DNA of 64,000 bases from a virus: IMG/VR virus record IMGVR_UViG_3300031450_000090; one strand, written 5' to 3'. Numbering within the stretch: position 1 is the stretch's first letter; each line of letters opens with the position of its first letter. Under the pieces are notes generated by a model. The model searched no databases. It had not been told where the DNA came from and was given only the letters and a program-made list of their open reading frames with translations. The translations under genes and the position numbers were made by a program. Shown here piece by piece: positions 53,336 through 63,021 of the stretch.

Positions 53336-53866
53336 ATGTCCTATCTTTACGTCCAGGAGGCCGCCAACCTGTTCGTGGGCGACCGGGGTCCCGACAATTC
53401 CAAGCACCTCGTGCTCGAGAACCACAAGCTGCCCGACCTCGAAGAGATCACCCAGGACCATCACGCCGGCGGCGCCATCGCGGCCATCGACGTCGGCGGC
53501 CTCGGCATCAAGGCGCTGACCAGCACGTTCAAGCTGAAGGGCCACGATCCGCAGACCCTGTCGCAGTTCGGCATCGGCGGCCGCACCGCGTTTCCCTTCA
53601 CGTCCTACGGGCTGATCCGCAACAAGAACGGCGGCGCCGCCATCACGTCCAAGGCCGTGATGTGGGGCAGGCTCACCAAGATCGCCACCGAGCAGCACAA
53701 GCGCGGCGAGATGATGGGCCACGACCACGAGATCAAGGAGATCCTGCGCTACGCGCTCTATTTCGGCACGCAGGAGAAGATCTACTGGGACTTCTTCGCC
53801 TCGATCTGGCGCGTCGACGGCGCCGTGCAGAACCAGGACATGCTGACCGCGCTGGCGATCGCGTAG
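53336..53866 (+). CDS. Major tail tube protein (P2 FII-like)
   Basis: KLPDLEE....H.AGG....ID......L...FKL.G.D; EIL.Y.L......IY.WD. Confidence 0.88.
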   Translation: MSYLYVQEAANLFVGDRGPDNSKHLVLENHKLPDLEEITQDHHAGGAIAAIDVGGLGIKALTSTFKLKGHDPQTLSQFGIGGRTAFPFTSYGLIRNKNGGAAITSKAVMWGRLTKIATEQHKRGEMMGHDHEIKEILRYALYFGTQEKIYWDFFASIWRVDGAVQNQDMLTALAIA

Positions 53867-53877
53867 GGAGGCACAGG

Positions 53878-54717
53878 TCAGTCCAGCCTCAGATATGGCG
53901 AGCCGTTGCTGACCTCGACTGTTGCTTTCAGTTCGAAGCGACAGTCGGTGCTCAGAGAGCTGCAGCGCGATAAAAGCTCACGTCGCACGTCCGATGAGCC
54001 CGAACGTATGTCCAAGCGGACGCCATTCATGTCATCCGAATTGGTGGTGATTGTAGCTCCCCCATTGCTGAACACGGTCACGTAACCGGTAACGGCTACC
54101 TTCTGGTCGACCATGGTCATTCCGTCGACTTGGACATCCACCACCGAGCGGATTGCGTAGCCCTCGGACATGAGCTGGTGAACATGTCGGTTGAGGTCTT
54201 CTTCCGCACCGCGCTGTCTGTTGTCCGCAGCAGCGGTCGCGGTTGCTTGTTTCTTCGCTCGGGCCACATCCGGGAGGAACAGATCAACGACGGTTTGGAC
54301 CGCGAGGGTATCCGGCTTTGAGATGTCCTGGTCGTTCATGAGTCCCACGACGTGGCGGCGGCATTCCGTGTCCAACCTCAGGACATCGATGACCTCCGCG
54401 CCGGTCCACGTATCAGGCGTTTTCAAACGATAGATCGCACTGCGGTCGCTCTCGAAACGCGAGAGATCGGAGATCGTTTTGCAGGCTGGAAGAGCGGCTT
54501 TGAGGTCCTTGTAAAAGGCGCTGTCTTTCCTGCTCTGAAAGATCTGTGAGGCTTTCCGACAAACCGTTTCTTTCGCGGCGTCATCTGCTGGATTGGCGCT
54601 GTGCAGTTTGTAGCAGTTGTTCGAAGCTATCACATCATCAAGAAGCACGCCGGCCATAACGGGTGCGGGTCTGAACGCAAACGAAGCAAGAGCAACCACT
54701 AGCGCAACCTTGTGCAT
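53878..54717 (-). CDS. Secreted moron protein, antisense within the tail operon
   Basis: Signal peptide MHKVALVVALASFAFRPAPVMA (ATG 54717); several Cys; OB-fold-like C-terminus; AT-richer. Confidence 0.7.
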   Translation of the reverse strand: MHKVALVVALASFAFRPAPVMAGVLLDDVIASNNCYKLHSANPADDAAKETVCRKASQIFQSRKDSAFYKDLKAALPACKTISDLSRFESDRSAIYRLKTPDTWTGAEVIDVLRLDTECRRHVVGLMNDQDISKPDTLAVQTVVDLFLPDVARAKKQATATAAADNRQRGAEEDLNRHVHQLMSEGYAIRSVVDVQVDGMTMVDQKVAVTGYVTVFSNGGATITTNSDDMNGVRLDIRSGSSDVRRELLSRCSSLSTDCRFELKATVEVSNGSPYLRLD

Positions 54718-54752
54718 CGTCCTCTCCCTGCCCACCCCAAGGAGCACAACCT

Positions 54753-55286
54753 ATGCCCGACCCCGTTGCTGGTGCAACCGCCACCCTCGGCCCCGACGGC
54801 TTCCCGCTGAACCCGATCAGCGCAGGAGCGGCTGCGCCTTCCGCTCCGTCCGTCGCGGTAGCGCCAGCCCCAGCCGCTCCGGCCGTCCCAAAGCCCGCTA
54901 CTCCGCCCGTCGCGCGCTTCCTCTCCGACCGTCCCCGCGTCAAGACGGTGGCGCTCGATTGGCCCGTGGAGGTCGACGGCATCGATTATCGCGCGGTCGT
55001 GATCCGTCGGTTGACGGCTGGCGAGGTCGGAGCTTTCGTCGATAGGGTGCGGGCGTCGGGATCCACCACCGAGGTGCGCTTCCCGCTGTTCTACGACGCC
55101 GCCGGCGCCCCCATCCCGGACAGGGCCTGGGACGCCTTCGACAGTGACGACGCCGACAAGCTGGTCGAGGCCGGCGACGATTTTTTGCCCGCACGCTTCC
55201 GGACCGCGAGGACGGCGGACGCCTCGGCCCCAGCGGGTGGCGATACTACAGGCAGTTCGTCGGCCGCGTTGCCGGCTTCAGCCTGA
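54753..55286 (+). CDS. Tail assembly chaperone (gpE/G-like)
   Basis: TVALDWPVEVDG.....V.IRRLTAGEV; D.DD...L; between tube and tape measure genes. Confidence 0.85.
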   Translation: MPDPVAGATATLGPDGFPLNPISAGAAAPSAPSVAVAPAPAAPAVPKPATPPVARFLSDRPRVKTVALDWPVEVDGIDYRAVVIRRLTAGEVGAFVDRVRASGSTTEVRFPLFYDAAGAPIPDRAWDAFDSDDADKLVEAGDDFLPARFRTARTADASAPAGGDTTGSSSAALPASA

Positions 55287-55369
55287 CCGAACTGTCGGCT
55301 TTGCCCTGGGACGAGTTCCTGGCCGAGGTCGAGACCGCCATGCGGCTGCGCGACGACATGGGGATCTGA
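55181..55369 (+). CDS. -1 frameshift extension of the chaperone (P2 gpE'-like)
   Basis: Slippery TTTTTTG at 55181-55187; the -1 frame reads ...VGRVAGFSLTELSALPWDEFLAEVETAMRLRDDMGI to TGA at 55369. Confidence 0.8.
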   Translation, partial: FFARTLPDREDGGRLGPSGWRYYRQFVGRVAGFSLTELSALPWDEFLAEVETAMRLRDDMGI

Positions 55370-55381
55370 GGACATGAGCCT

Positions 55382-58300
55382 TTGACCAACATCGTCTCGA
55401 CCCTGCAACTGAGGCTGATCGACGACGTTTCGATCAACGCCAACAAGGTGGCGGCCGCCATCCATCAGGACGCCAAGCGGGTCGCGGAGCTACAGGACGC
55501 CCTCAAAGCCTCCGGCACATCCGACAAGCTGCAGACCTCGCTCTCCAAGCTCGGTGCCTCCAAAAGCCATGTCGAGGGGGTGACGCGCGCCTGGGGCGAT
55601 TTCGTCAAGCAGGAGGGGATCGCCGGCAAGGCCACGGCCGACCTCACCCGCGACCAGATCGTCGCCATCCGCTCCTGGGAATCCGTCACCAAGGCCTCGG
55701 TCAAGGCCATCATCGGCGAGGAACGGTCGCTCACCGATGCGACCCGCCGCGAAGTTCTGGCGCGCGAGAGTGCGATGCGGCAGGAGGAGGCCGCGCTCAG
55801 GCGCAAGGTCGAGCAGGAAGCGGCGCTGATGAAGCGCCTGCGCGAGCAGGAACGCCACGCGCAGGACCGTCAGGGTTTTCGGCACTACGTCGCCGGGTCG
55901 GCCGCCATGGCTGTGTCGGGCCACGGCGTCATGTCGGGAACCGAGAAGGTGCTTGAGAAAGGCGCCGAGCTGCAGCACGTGCGCGTCGGCATGGAGAACG
56001 CCGGCATCACCCCGGCCGAGATCGTCCGCATCGAGGACCAGGCACTGAAGCTCTCGGCGCGGGTCGGCAACGAGTCGCAGACGAGCATCGTCGAACTCGC
56101 CAAGGAGGTCCGCTCGGTGATGGCCGATCCGGCCGAGATGTCGAAGGTGCTGGAGCCGATCACTGCCGCGAAATCGATCCTTGACGCCCTCGACACCACG
56201 GGACAATCGAGCGCCGGCATCGGCCAGCTCGTCAAGGCGGGCGAGTTGCTGGGCGCCGGCCAGAGCCCGGAACGCATGAAGGAGCTGATCGACGGCTGGA
56301 CGCGCGTGATGCAGGTCCAGGGCAAGACGATCTCGCCCGACCAGATCTACGAGTTCGCCAAATACAGCAAGGCCGCCGGGGCGCAACTGTCCGACCGCTT
56401 CCTGATGACCACGGGCCCGTCGGTCGTGCAGGAGCTCGGCGGGTCGACGACCGGCAACGACATCGCCCAGATGAGCCGGCAGCTGACCAGCGGGTTCCAG
56501 AACCGGCACGTGGCGCTGAAGGAGATGGCGCGGATCGGCATGGTCGACCCAAACGCCATCGATTACCTCAACACCGGCGAAGCCAAGGGACTGAAGCCGG
56601 GAACCTCGAAGGTGGTCCAGGGGGAGAGCCTGTTCCACACCGATCCCGACAAGTGGGTCTACGAGGTCCTCATGCCGCATATGGAAGCGGCCGGCATGAA
56701 GGACCGTGAGAGCCAGCTCAACTTCGTGCAGAAGACCTTCACCGGGACCTCCGCCGATTTCATCTCCAAGCTGATCACGCAGAGGCAGTCCTTCGACACC
56801 CACGCCGGTCTATACCAGACCGCCCTCGGGCTGAAGGCAGTCGACAACAACGCCAAGGACGCCACGGTCGGGCTGAACAGTCTCACGACCTCGATCGGCA
56901 ACCTGTCGGCGCAGGTCTCGGCGCCCGTCATGGACACCATCGGGCGAGGGTTGAACGGTCTGGCCGGGTGGATCAACAACCTCGCCGAGATCGCCAAGGA
57001 GCATCCGGTCGCAGCCCCCGTTCTCGGTGCCACGGCCGCGGCCGGCGCGCTCGGGGCAGCCGGGTGGATGAGCATGAAGGTCATGAACGGCTTCGGGCTC
57101 GGCACGGCCGCCACGGAGCTGACGGCCTCCGCGACCGCGCTCGACGCCGCAGCCGCGAGGCTCGGGGCCACCGGCGTCGCCGGCGGGGCGGGTGCCGCCG
57201 CTGCGACCGGCGAGACCGCGGCCGTCACGCTCGGCGGCATCGTAGCCCGCGCGCTACCGCCCGTCGCCCTCACCGTGGCGGCGATCGAGGCCGGCAAACA
57301 CGACGCTTGGGTCAAAGCCGAGACCGCCAAGACGATCAATACGCCTGCAGGACAGGCCGTCCCCGATCTTGAGAAGCAGAGCTGGAGCGACTGGATCCTC
57401 GGCAGGGCACCGAAACCAGCCGCCCCGATCGTGATCGAGGATAGGGCCACGCGGGCCGGTCTCGACAAGGTGCTGAAACCAGCCGATCCCATCGTGCTGC
57501 CGCAGCCGGCGCCTGCGATTGGCCGCGCGCCGTTCGTTATGCGTCCCGCCGACGCGGACGATCGTGCCCAGAGCAGGAGCGACGCCGTGCCGCCCGCCCC
57601 CGAGGCGTCCGCGCCCGCGGCGCGGCCCCCTACGGCGACGCTGGATGCCGAGGCATACTGGCTGCGAAAGAAGCGATATCTGGAGGATCGGGGCCGCGCC
57701 GCGCGCGAAACAGTCCTGAACCCGCCCAACCCCATTCGCATGCCGGCCCGGCCCTACACGCCCGTGCCGGTCGCTCCCACCGTCGACCCGATGCAGTTCG
57801 GAGCGCGGGCGACCGGCGTGGTGCCGGTGTCGTTGGTGCGCGACTCGTCTTCGTCCGGCGCGCTGTCGGCCGCCGTCGCGCAGGGCACCTACGACGGCTT
57901 CATGCGGGTGCTAGAGGGTCGGGGTGCGGGCGCGAGTGGTGGCATTGAAAGCGGAGGCGGGATCGTCAAAGCAAGTTTCAACGGCGATGACGACGTCCGT
58001 TCCGGCTTACGCCACGCCTCCCTTGACGGCTCCGACACCAGCGATCAGGTCCGCAATGCCATCGTGGGGACCGAGCATGCCGTGTCCGACCTTCGGGACA
58101 TCGTGAAGCGCAACGGGATGGGGGCGCCGACCGGAATCAAGCCGGACGACCTCGGTGGCGGGTGGGGCAGTGGCGGGCCGCGCAATCTGCGTTATGGCCA
58201 CGGATCGGGCGGCGGCTATCGGCACACGCCGGATAGCGGTGGCGCGCCCAGCATCCGCTACGGTCATAGCGTGGGCGGTGGTTATCGCCACCCGCCGGCC

Positions 58301-59263
58301 CATGTGTTCGACCCGTCGCTCTCCAGGAAACCGATGCCGAAAGGCGAAGGCGGCGGCGCGTCGGGCAGCATGAAGGCCGTGCTGTTCAAGGGCGAGAGCG
58401 GCGGCAACCCCGGCATCTACAACTACCGCTCCGGCGGACGCTACCACGTCGGCCACCTCGACGCTGAGCACACCACCATCGGCGACCTCGCGCGGATGCA
58501 GGGCGAGGGTAAGGTCTTCGCGGCCGGCAAATACCAGATCATCCCCAAGACCATGCAGGGGGCTATCCGTGCGCTCGGCCTGAAGGCGGACGACAAGTTC
58601 GACTCGGCCACCCAGGATCGCATCTACACGGACTATCTCGCCGGCAGCAAAAGGCCCCAGATCGGCGGTTACGTGACAGGCAAGTCGGACAATCTCGACG
58701 CCGCCCACAAGGCCATGGCGCAAGAATGGGCCTCGGTCGCGTATCACGGCCGGGGCATCTATGACGGGGATGGCGTCAACCACGCTTCCGTTTCGGACCA
58801 GGCCGCTATCCACTCTCTGGAACAGGCGCGCGCAACCTATCAGCGCCTCGTCAAGGAAGGGACCGATCCCACGACGGCCCGTCGCTCGGCCTTGCTCGGG
58901 ATAGAGCATCCGACGCCTGGCGTGAGTGGGATGCCGGTTGCCAAGGCGTCGGACGTCGTCAAACCGAAAAACGATCCGCTAGCGGCGACGGACCCGTCAT
59001 TGCTGGTCCGCAAGCCCAGGCCCGCGGTGCCGGCATCCGCCGGCCGTATCGAAGCCATGAACGCCGCGCCGGCCATCGACGTTTCGGGCATCCACGAAGC
59101 CATCCACCACGTCCGCACGCTAAAGTCAGAGATGGCGAGCCTCGGCGACGCTTCCATCCACGTGCAGCACCGCGGCTTCTCGGGGTCGCGGGCCGGCGGC
59201 TCGGGGTCGATCCGCTCGGCGCTGAACAACGGCTTCGCCAGCGACGGCCGGCATTGGACCTGA
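55382..59263 (+). CDS. Tape measure protein with C-terminal lysozyme-like domain
   Basis: 1293 aa, helical Ala-rich N-terminal half. About 58370-58800: KGES...Y...FAAGKYQII..T.....L....F....QD.......QEWASV (lambda-lysozyme-like). Confidence 0.9.
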   Translation: MTNIVSTLQLRLIDDVSINANKVAAAIHQDAKRVAELQDALKASGTSDKLQTSLSKLGASKSHVEGVTRAWGDFVKQEGIAGKATADLTRDQIVAIRSWESVTKASVKAIIGEERSLTDATRREVLARESAMRQEEAALRRKVEQEAALMKRLREQERHAQDRQGFRHYVAGSAAMAVSGHGVMSGTEKVLEKGAELQHVRVGMENAGITPAEIVRIEDQALKLSARVGNESQTSIVELAKEVRSVMADPAEMSKVLEPITAAKSILDALDTTGQSSAGIGQLVKAGELLGAGQSPERMKELIDGWTRVMQVQGKTISPDQIYEFAKYSKAAGAQLSDRFLMTTGPSVVQELGGSTTGNDIAQMSRQLTSGFQNRHVALKEMARIGMVDPNAIDYLNTGEAKGLKPGTSKVVQGESLFHTDPDKWVYEVLMPHMEAAGMKDRESQLNFVQKTFTGTSADFISKLITQRQSFDTHAGLYQTALGLKAVDNNAKDATVGLNSLTTSIGNLSAQVSAPVMDTIGRGLNGLAGWINNLAEIAKEHPVAAPVLGATAAAGALGAAGWMSMKVMNGFGLGTAATELTASATALDAAAARLGATGVAGGAGAAAATGETAAVTLGGIVARALPPVALTVAAIEAGKHDAWVKAETAKTINTPAGQAVPDLEKQSWSDWILGRAPKPAAPIVIEDRATRAGLDKVLKPADPIVLPQPAPAIGRAPFVMRPADADDRAQSRSDAVPPAPEASAPAARPPTATLDAEAYWLRKKRYLEDRGRAARETVLNPPNPIRMPARPYTPVPVAPTVDPMQFGARATGVVPVSLVRDSSSSGALSAAVAQGTYDGFMRVLEGRGAGASGGIESGGGIVKASFNGDDDVRSGLRHASLDGSDTSDQVRNAIVGTEHAVSDLRDIVKRNGMGAPTGIKPDDLGGGWGSGGPRNLRYGHGSGGGYRHTPDSGGAPSIRYGHSVGGGYRHPPAHVFDPSLSRKPMPKGEGGGASGSMKAVLFKGESGGNPGIYNYRSGGRYHVGHLDAEHTTIGDLARMQGEGKVFAAGKYQIIPKTMQGAIRALGLKADDKFDSATQDRIYTDYLAGSKRPQIGGYVTGKSDNLDAAHKAMAQEWASVAYHGRGIYDGDGVNHASVSDQAAIHSLEQARATYQRLVKEGTDPTTARRSALLGIEHPTPGVSGMPVAKASDVVKPKNDPLAATDPSLLVRKPRPAVPASAGRIEAMNAAPAIDVSGIHEAIHHVRTLKSEMASLGDASIHVQHRGFSGSRAGGSGSIRSALNNGFASDGRHWT

Positions 59264-59284
59264 CTGGAAGGTTGCGCTAACGCC

Positions 59285-59602
59285 TCAGCGTCTCGTCCAC
59301 TTGCCGACGCCTTCGACCGTCGGAGGATCGCCGACGGTCCCGACGACGACCACAGCCTGCCCTTTCTTCCAGAGGAAGTTGCAATTTCCCAAGCCGGTGC
59401 CGGCGCAAGACTCTGTCTCTGGAAAGCAGGTCGACCCTCCGTCGCACTTGTCCGCATTCGGGTCTTTGAAGGGCTTGTAACCCGCCGCCGTCATTCGCTC
59501 TCGAGCAACGGCGTAGGGCATGTCTTTCGGCAGTCGAGGTAGCGCGTCTGCCCAGACGGGGTTGACGACGAGAAGAGCGACGAGCGCAAGAGACAAACGC
59601 AT
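59285..59602 (-). CDS. Small secreted Cys-containing protein, antisense moron
   Basis: Signal peptide MRLSLALVALLVVNPVWA (ATG 59602); C..C.PETESCAGTGLGNCNFLW. Confidence 0.7.
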   Translation of the reverse strand: MRLSLALVALLVVNPVWADALPRLPKDMPYAVARERMTAAGYKPFKDPNADKCDGGSTCFPETESCAGTGLGNCNFLWKKGQAVVVVGTVGDPPTVEGVGKWTRR

Positions 59603-59651
59603 ACCCGAAAGATAGCTCGCGAGGGTTGCGCGGACAAGGACGAGGTGACCA

Positions 59652-60098
59652 ATGCTGTTCCAGCTCGGGCTCCTCACGATCGATTCGCCGGGTCCCTTCA
59701 ACGCCACCGACTCAAGCGAGGAGTTCGGCGGCGACCACGCGGTCAAAGCGGTGGTCGGCGCCCGCCAGCCGCGCGAGTTCGTCGGGCCGGCCGACGGCAA
59801 GATGACGCTGTCGGGCACGCTGTTCCCGGACCTCTTCGCGCGTGCCGGCCACGCCACCGGGCTCAACGAGGTCGAGACGCTGCGCGCCATGGCCGAAGGG
59901 GGCGCGCCGCAGATCCTGGTGCGCGGGGACGGCAGCAATCTCGGCTGGTGGATCATCGAGAAGGTCTCGCAGAAAGCCTCCAAGCTCTCGACCGGCGGCG
60001 TCGGCCGGGTGATCGCCTATGACATCGCGCTGGTGAAATCCGCCGCGAGCGCCTCGCCGGCCGATGCCCTCAACCTCCTGGTCTCGTTGTTCGTATGA
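59652..60098 (+). CDS. P2 gpU-like tail protein
   Basis: MLFQLG.......P.N.......RQP.EFVG......TLSGTLFP; G.NLGWW.IE. Confidence 0.88.
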   Translation: MLFQLGLLTIDSPGPFNATDSSEEFGGDHAVKAVVGARQPREFVGPADGKMTLSGTLFPDLFARAGHATGLNEVETLRAMAEGGAPQILVRGDGSNLGWWIIEKVSQKASKLSTGGVGRVIAYDIALVKSAASASPADALNLLVSLFV

Positions 60099-60322
60099 CG
60101 ACCGAAACCCTGGTCTTCCCCAACGGCGTGACGCCGCTCGACCTGCTGCTCTACCGCCGCTTCCGGCGCGAGGTGCCGGGCCTCGTCGAGGCGACGCTCG
60201 ACCGCAACCCGGGCCTTGCCAATCTCGGACCCTATCCGCCCCGCGGCACGATGATCCTGGTCGACACGCCGGCGCCGCCGCCCGCGAAGCCGGCCCGCAA
60301 GGTCATCAGGCTCTACGAGTAG
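60095..60322 (+). CDS. P2 gpX-like tail protein (LysM-like)
   Basis: LDLLLYR.......LVEATLDRNPGLA..GP..P.GT.I. Confidence 0.88.
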   Translation: MTTETLVFPNGVTPLDLLLYRRFRREVPGLVEATLDRNPGLANLGPYPPRGTMILVDTPAPPPAKPARKVIRLYE

Positions 60323-60333
60323 GGAGGGTCGCG

Positions 60334-61449
60334 ATGAGGCAGGCCATCTACCGGATCGACGTGGATGGGCTCGACATCAGCACGGCCCTGAACCCCATCC
60401 TGATCTCGCTCACGGTGACGCTGACCGACGGCGGCCAGGCCGACAGCCTCGACATCGAGCTCGATGACACCGATGGGCAGATCGCGCTGCCCCGCGTCGG
60501 GGCTCGCGTGACGGCGTCGCTCGGCTGGTCTGACACCGGAGCCGCGCCAGTCTTCGAGGGCGTGACCGACGAGCCGAAGTCGGCCGGGCGCCATCATTTC
60601 GACCGCCGCGGCGGCCACGACGACGCCGGCGGCTCCGGCTCGGTCGGCAACGTGCTGTCGTCGGGCGGCCGGTCAAAAGGCCGCGTCCTCACGCTGTCGG
60701 CCAAATCGGCCGACATGGGCGGCAAGCTCAAGCAGCCGCAGCAGGCCCATAAGGACAAGGCCAGCTTCGGCGACGTGGCGCAGGAATGGGGCCGCAAGGC
60801 CGGCGTCGACGTCGCGGTGGCGGGCGCCCTGGCGGCGGTGCAGCGGCCCTATTGGGCGATCGCCAACGAATCCTTCCTGGCCTGGGGCACGCGTATCGGA
60901 CGCGAGATCGGCGCCACCTTCAAGGTCGTGGGCAAGCACGCCATCTTCCTGCCGCGTGCCGGCGGGACCTCGGCCTCCGGCCAGTCGCTCGAGGGCATCC
61001 GGGCCGTGTGGGGCGAAAACCTGATCGACTGGTCGATCACCCCGGTGCAGAGCCGCCCGGGCTTCGCCAAGCTCGGCGCGCGCTACTACGACCCCAAGGC
61101 CGCCGCCTGGCATTCCGAGAAGGTCGACGGCCCGCAGGCCGCGGCCGATGCGGCAGGGTCGGAGCATACGGCGCGCTTCAAGGCTGCGAGCCAGGACATC
61201 GCCAAGAACCAGGCGGCCGCCAACGCGGCGGAATCGGCACGCGAGAAGGGTGCTGGCGACATGGTGCTGATCGACGGCGAGCCGGCTGCGCAGCCCGAGG
61301 CGCCCTGCACGGTCGGCGGTATCCGTCCCGGTGTCGACGGCGGCTACACGATCGCCAAGGTGCGTCACACGCTGATGCGCTCGGCGGGTTTTCTAAGCCA
61401 GCTCGGCCTGAAGCAGCCCAGCGGCGGCGCCGGGACCGACTCGCGCTAG
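60334..61449 (+). CDS. P2 gpD-like baseplate hub (late control D)
   Basis: YRIDVDG.DIS......LISLTVT...G..AD.L.IELDD; ESFLAW..R; A.YYD; Y.I..V.H.L..S.G. Confidence 0.9.
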   Translation: MRQAIYRIDVDGLDISTALNPILISLTVTLTDGGQADSLDIELDDTDGQIALPRVGARVTASLGWSDTGAAPVFEGVTDEPKSAGRHHFDRRGGHDDAGGSGSVGNVLSSGGRSKGRVLTLSAKSADMGGKLKQPQQAHKDKASFGDVAQEWGRKAGVDVAVAGALAAVQRPYWAIANESFLAWGTRIGREIGATFKVVGKHAIFLPRAGGTSASGQSLEGIRAVWGENLIDWSITPVQSRPGFAKLGARYYDPKAAAWHSEKVDGPQAAADAAGSEHTARFKAASQDIAKNQAAANAAESAREKGAGDMVLIDGEPAAQPEAPCTVGGIRPGVDGGYTIAKVRHTLMRSAGFLSQLGLKQPSGGAGTDSR

Positions 61450-61547
61450 AGCGCTTTCGCCTCCGGCGCATTCGCTCCAGATCAAAAAAGCCCATGTCGC
61501 GCCTTGGCCGACATGCGCCAGAGCAAAAGCCCCAAACCGGAGCCTCC

Positions 61548-62153
61548 ATGTTCAACCACCCCGACCTGTCCGCCAAGCTCGACCGGGTCCTGACGGACGG
61601 CGCCATCGCGCGCGCCCTGCAGGGTCGCATTCACGCTCAAGGAGAACGCATCATGTCCACCCAGTCCGACATCCTCAACGCGCTCAGGGGATCGGCCGAG
61701 GCCAACGACCGGGCCCGGCGCGCCATCGTCGCTCTCGAGGCCGAGAACGCGGACCTGACCTCGCAGCTGGCCGCCGCCAAGGCGCAGGCGGGCGAGACGG
61801 TCGACCCCGGGACCGTGCAGGCCGCAATCGATACGTCGACGGCCGCGGCCAAGGCCTTGACCGACGCCATTCCGGCCGGGGCCGACCATGTCGTCGGGGC
61901 CGGCCCGACCGGAGCGTCGGCCGGACCTGCGGCCGCGGTGGACGCTGCTGCCGCCTCCGCGGCCGTGACCGGAACCGCCGCCGTGGCGGCCGCTCCCTCC
62001 GCATCCGCCGGCGCCAAGGTCGTGCCGCTCGCTCCGAACCCGGCCGCCGATGCCGCCGCAGTATCGTCGGCCGGCACGCCCTCGGCCGCCCTCGTCGGCG
62101 CCGCGCCGGCGGACTCCGCCAAGTCGGCGATCGGCGCCGTTTCCACCGTCTGA
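61548..62153 (+). CDS. Coiled-coil plus Ala-rich hypothetical protein (alternative start 61653)
   Basis: GGAG-ATG at 61548 and AAGGAGA-ATG at 61653 in the same frame. Confidence 0.6.
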   Translation: MFNHPDLSAKLDRVLTDGAIARALQGRIHAQGERIMSTQSDILNALRGSAEANDRARRAIVALEAENADLTSQLAAAKAQAGETVDPGTVQAAIDTSTAAAKALTDAIPAGADHVVGAGPTGASAGPAAAVDAAAASAAVTGTAAVAAAPSASAGAKVVPLAPNPAADAAAVSSAGTPSAALVGAAPADSAKSAIGAVSTV

Positions 62154-62230
62154 GCCGGTCGTCCTCCTCATCCGCCCTCGCGTTCGCCGGCGCGCGGGGG
62201 TGCCGAATCACGTCGGCCATCGAGGAACCC

Positions 62231-62689
62231 ATGAACCCCATCGCCATCTTCAAGGAAGTCGAAGCCGATCTCGCGTCGTTCGGGTCCATCTCCGGATCCA
62301 TTCGCGACAAGGTGAAGGCCGGTGTCGCGGCTTTGCGGCAGATCGAGGCCGACGTGACCACGATGGTCGAATTCGTCACCAAGCAGGCCCAGGGGGCGCT
62401 CGACTCGCTGCAGGCCGTGGCGGCCGAGTCCACGGCCGCTGTCGGGGCCGCCTCTCCTGCGGTGACGACGACCCAGGACGGATCCACCGTGACCGTGGAT
62501 CCTTCCATCGGCACCACGACGCACGAGGATCCGGCATCCGGCGTGACCACGACCGTCCCGCACGATGGCACGCCGCCGACCGCCGTCGAGACCGCCACCG
62601 TGACTCCGGTGACGCCTCTCCCTGCCGCGGTGGCGGCGGCTGTGGACGCGACTGCGGCGGTGGGCGTGACGGTGCCGGCGGCGAGCTGA
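62231..62689 (+). CDS. Hypothetical protein with Thr/Val/Pro-rich tail
   Basis: GAGGA RBS; amphipathic N-terminus. Confidence 0.65.
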   Translation: MNPIAIFKEVEADLASFGSISGSIRDKVKAGVAALRQIEADVTTMVEFVTKQAQGALDSLQAVAAESTAAVGAASPAVTTTQDGSTVTVDPSIGTTTHEDPASGVTTTVPHDGTPPTAVETATVTPVTPLPAAVAAAVDATAAVGVTVPAAS

Positions 62690-62781
62690 CCCTCGGCGGC
62701 CCGCTCTGCGGCGCCCAGCGCCGGGATCCAACATCGATCGACGGCGCCCTCCGGGGCACCGTTTCCACATGGAGCAACCCA

Positions 62782-63020
62782 TGCCCGCGTCCGAAACGCG
62801 CCTCACGAATTCCGTGACCGGCGACGTCCACGTCGTCAGCACGGAGACCGGCCGCACGCTCCGCGTCGAGCGCCGCATCATCGAGGTGCCGCCCGACACC
62901 GACGTCGAGATCGACCTTGAGCCCTGCCAGTGCCCCGCGGGGCACGTCTGCCCGGACGCTGACCCCTTCGCGGCGGAATGCCCGCGGCGGCCGCGGCCGG
63001 CCGGCAATCCAGAGGACTGA
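62782..63020 (+). CDS. Small hypothetical protein with C-terminal Cys cluster
   Basis: GGAG RBS, ATG 62782; CQCPAGHVCP. Confidence 0.55.
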
Positions 63021-63021
63021 C

